A DNA stretch of 7,922 nt from Candidatus Nanopusillus sp. (GTDB lineage: Archaea; Nanobdellota; Nanobdellia; Nanobdellales; Nanobdellaceae), in NCBI GenBank assembly GCA_028275775.1, contig JAPWTZ010000020.1, positions 1 through 7,922 on the forward strand, read 5' to 3'. Below are positions 7,025-7,922 of this stretch, piece after piece. Position 1 is the first letter of the stretch, and the number at the start of each line of letters is the position of its first letter. A program made the translations under genes and the position numbers. Under the pieces are notes generated by a model. That model did no database searches and was not told where the DNA came from. It was given only the letters and a program-made list of their open reading frames with translations.

Positions 7025-7809
7025 TAGAAAAGATAAGATATAATTACTTTATATTGTTCTTTCTAAGTATATTAATAATAGTATTTTCTACATTATTATC
7101 ATTAAAATCAGGACCATATGGTGGGATATTAATAATTGCAATATCCCTAGTTCCATTTGTTCAAATATATAATAAATTAATAGAAAAAGATGAAAGAATA
7201 TCCGAAAAGATAAAATCAAAGAAAAACATGTTTATAAGATATAAAGAATATTTTATAATGTCTTTTGTAATATTTTTTGCGTCAATAATTGGATTCTATA
7301 TTGGTTATCTAATAGATTACAATCTGTTTTATCCACAAATACAGGCAATAGAAGATATAAGAGAACATGTTATTGCTCTAAGTTATGCACATGCAATATA
7401 TCCAAACAGTTTCTTTACATACATATTATTTAATAATATGACAGTATTATTATTATTTTTTGCATTTTCGATAATATTTGGTGCTGGATCTATATATTTA
7501 TTATTATGGAATGCATCAATCATTGGAGTATTCTTGGGTTTAAGGGCATCTGAATATATGTCAAATAACATTATATACAAATTTATTTTAATCCCAACTA
7601 TTAGTTTATTAGAAATTTTACCACATGGAATATTAGAATTTCTAGGATATTTCTTAGCAGCATTGGCAGGTAATATTTTATCAATAGCATTTATAAAGAA
7701 CTTAGATAAAGAAACTTTAGAAACTATACTTTCAGATTCTTTGGCATTATTTGTTTTATCCATATTATTTATATTTATAGCAGCATTAATAGAAGCTTAT
7801 ATTATTTAA
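7009..7809 (+). CDS. Polytopic membrane protein of the SpoIIM / DUF95 family, with an extra N-terminal two-helix extension
   Basis: Several hydrophobic helices are present. Family-like motifs are ILFNNMTVLLLFFAFSIIFGAGSIYLLLWNASIIGVFLG (f.NN..v......G...G......l..NG..iG) and LLEILPHGILEFLGYFLAALAG (the PHGi.E signature). The ATG overlaps the dphB end by 16 nt. An internal Met at 7228 (MFIRYKEYF...) would be the family-typical N-terminus, so the true start is uncertain. Confidence 0.7.
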   Translation: MYDILIEKIRYNYFILFFLSILIIVFSTLLSLKSGPYGGILIIAISLVPFVQIYNKLIEKDERISEKIKSKKNMFIRYKEYFIMSFVIFFASIIGFYIGYLIDYNLFYPQIQAIEDIREHVIALSYAHAIYPNSFFTYILFNNMTVLLLFFAFSIIFGAGSIYLLLWNASIIGVFLGLRASEYMSNNIIYKFILIPTISLLEILPHGILEFLGYFLAALAGNILSIAFIKNLDKETLETILSDSLALFVLSILFIFIAALIEAYII

Positions 7810-7922
7810 ATGAAAATATTTTATATGTATGAATCATTTGATTATATAAAAGAAGGAATAATATATGGAAAAATAAAAAATATAATGAAGGATAAAGTAA
7901 TAATAGAAATAAATGGAAAAGA
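7810..7922 (+). CDS. 5' part of an unidentified ORF (MKIFYMYESFDYIKEGIIYGKIKNIMKDKVIIEINGK...), running off the window
   Basis: ATG at 7810 directly abuts the upstream stop (TAAATG). The frame is open for 37 codons to the window edge, with codon and amino-acid usage like the neighbouring genes. The G.I.GKI....D.V.IEI string is faintly S1/OB-like, but that is too little to call a function. Confidence 0.35.
   Translation, partial: MKIFYMYESFDYIKEGIIYGKIKNIMKDKVIIEINGK

Noticed and set aside
7383-7763. 126-aa minus-strand ORF antisense to the SpoIIM-like gene
   Set aside because: The sense strand carries the family signature motifs (NN...G...NG..iG and PHGilE). The antisense product is Asn/Lys/Ile-rich with no motifs.

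Overview
This is a very AT-rich window (roughly a quarter G+C by eye) that is almost entirely coding. The only non-coding stretches are 2677-2727 and the single base 6286. The gene content is clearly archaeal: PolD large subunit, an Hjc-type resolvase, diphthine synthase and Cdc48. The extreme compaction, with start/stop overlaps and no visible Shine-Dalgarno spacers, suggests a reduced low-GC genome such as a DPANN/Nanoarchaeota-like lineage, but the sequence alone cannot settle the lineage. Plus-strand unit 1 is the 3' part of cdc48, a ThiF/MoeB-type E1-like adenylyltransferase, and a SAM methyltransferase I recognise as an ArmA/RmtB/Sgm (FmrO-family) homologue. A minus-strand hjc-like nuclease gene converges on this unit. 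A 51-bp divergent intergenic region with a perfect palindrome follows. Plus-strand unit 2 is the PolD large subunit (DP2), diphthine synthase, a SpoIIM/DUF95-like membrane protein and the first 37 codons of a further ORF. I see no rRNA, tRNA, CRISPR array, mobile element, integrase, toxin-antitoxin pair or recognisable defence island, so this is mainly a housekeeping locus. The most unusual items are: (i) the aminoglycoside-resistance-type 16S rRNA methyltransferase homologue, translationally coupled to an E1-like enzyme and a Cdc48 with an HbYX-like tail; (ii) active-site-motif deviations in the Hjc-like nuclease (QxK for ExK) and in PolD (NCDGDEG for the NCDGDED I remember); (iii) the symmetric palindromic core of the hjc/polD divergent promoter. 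All family assignments rest on motif recognition by eye and memory, not on searches.
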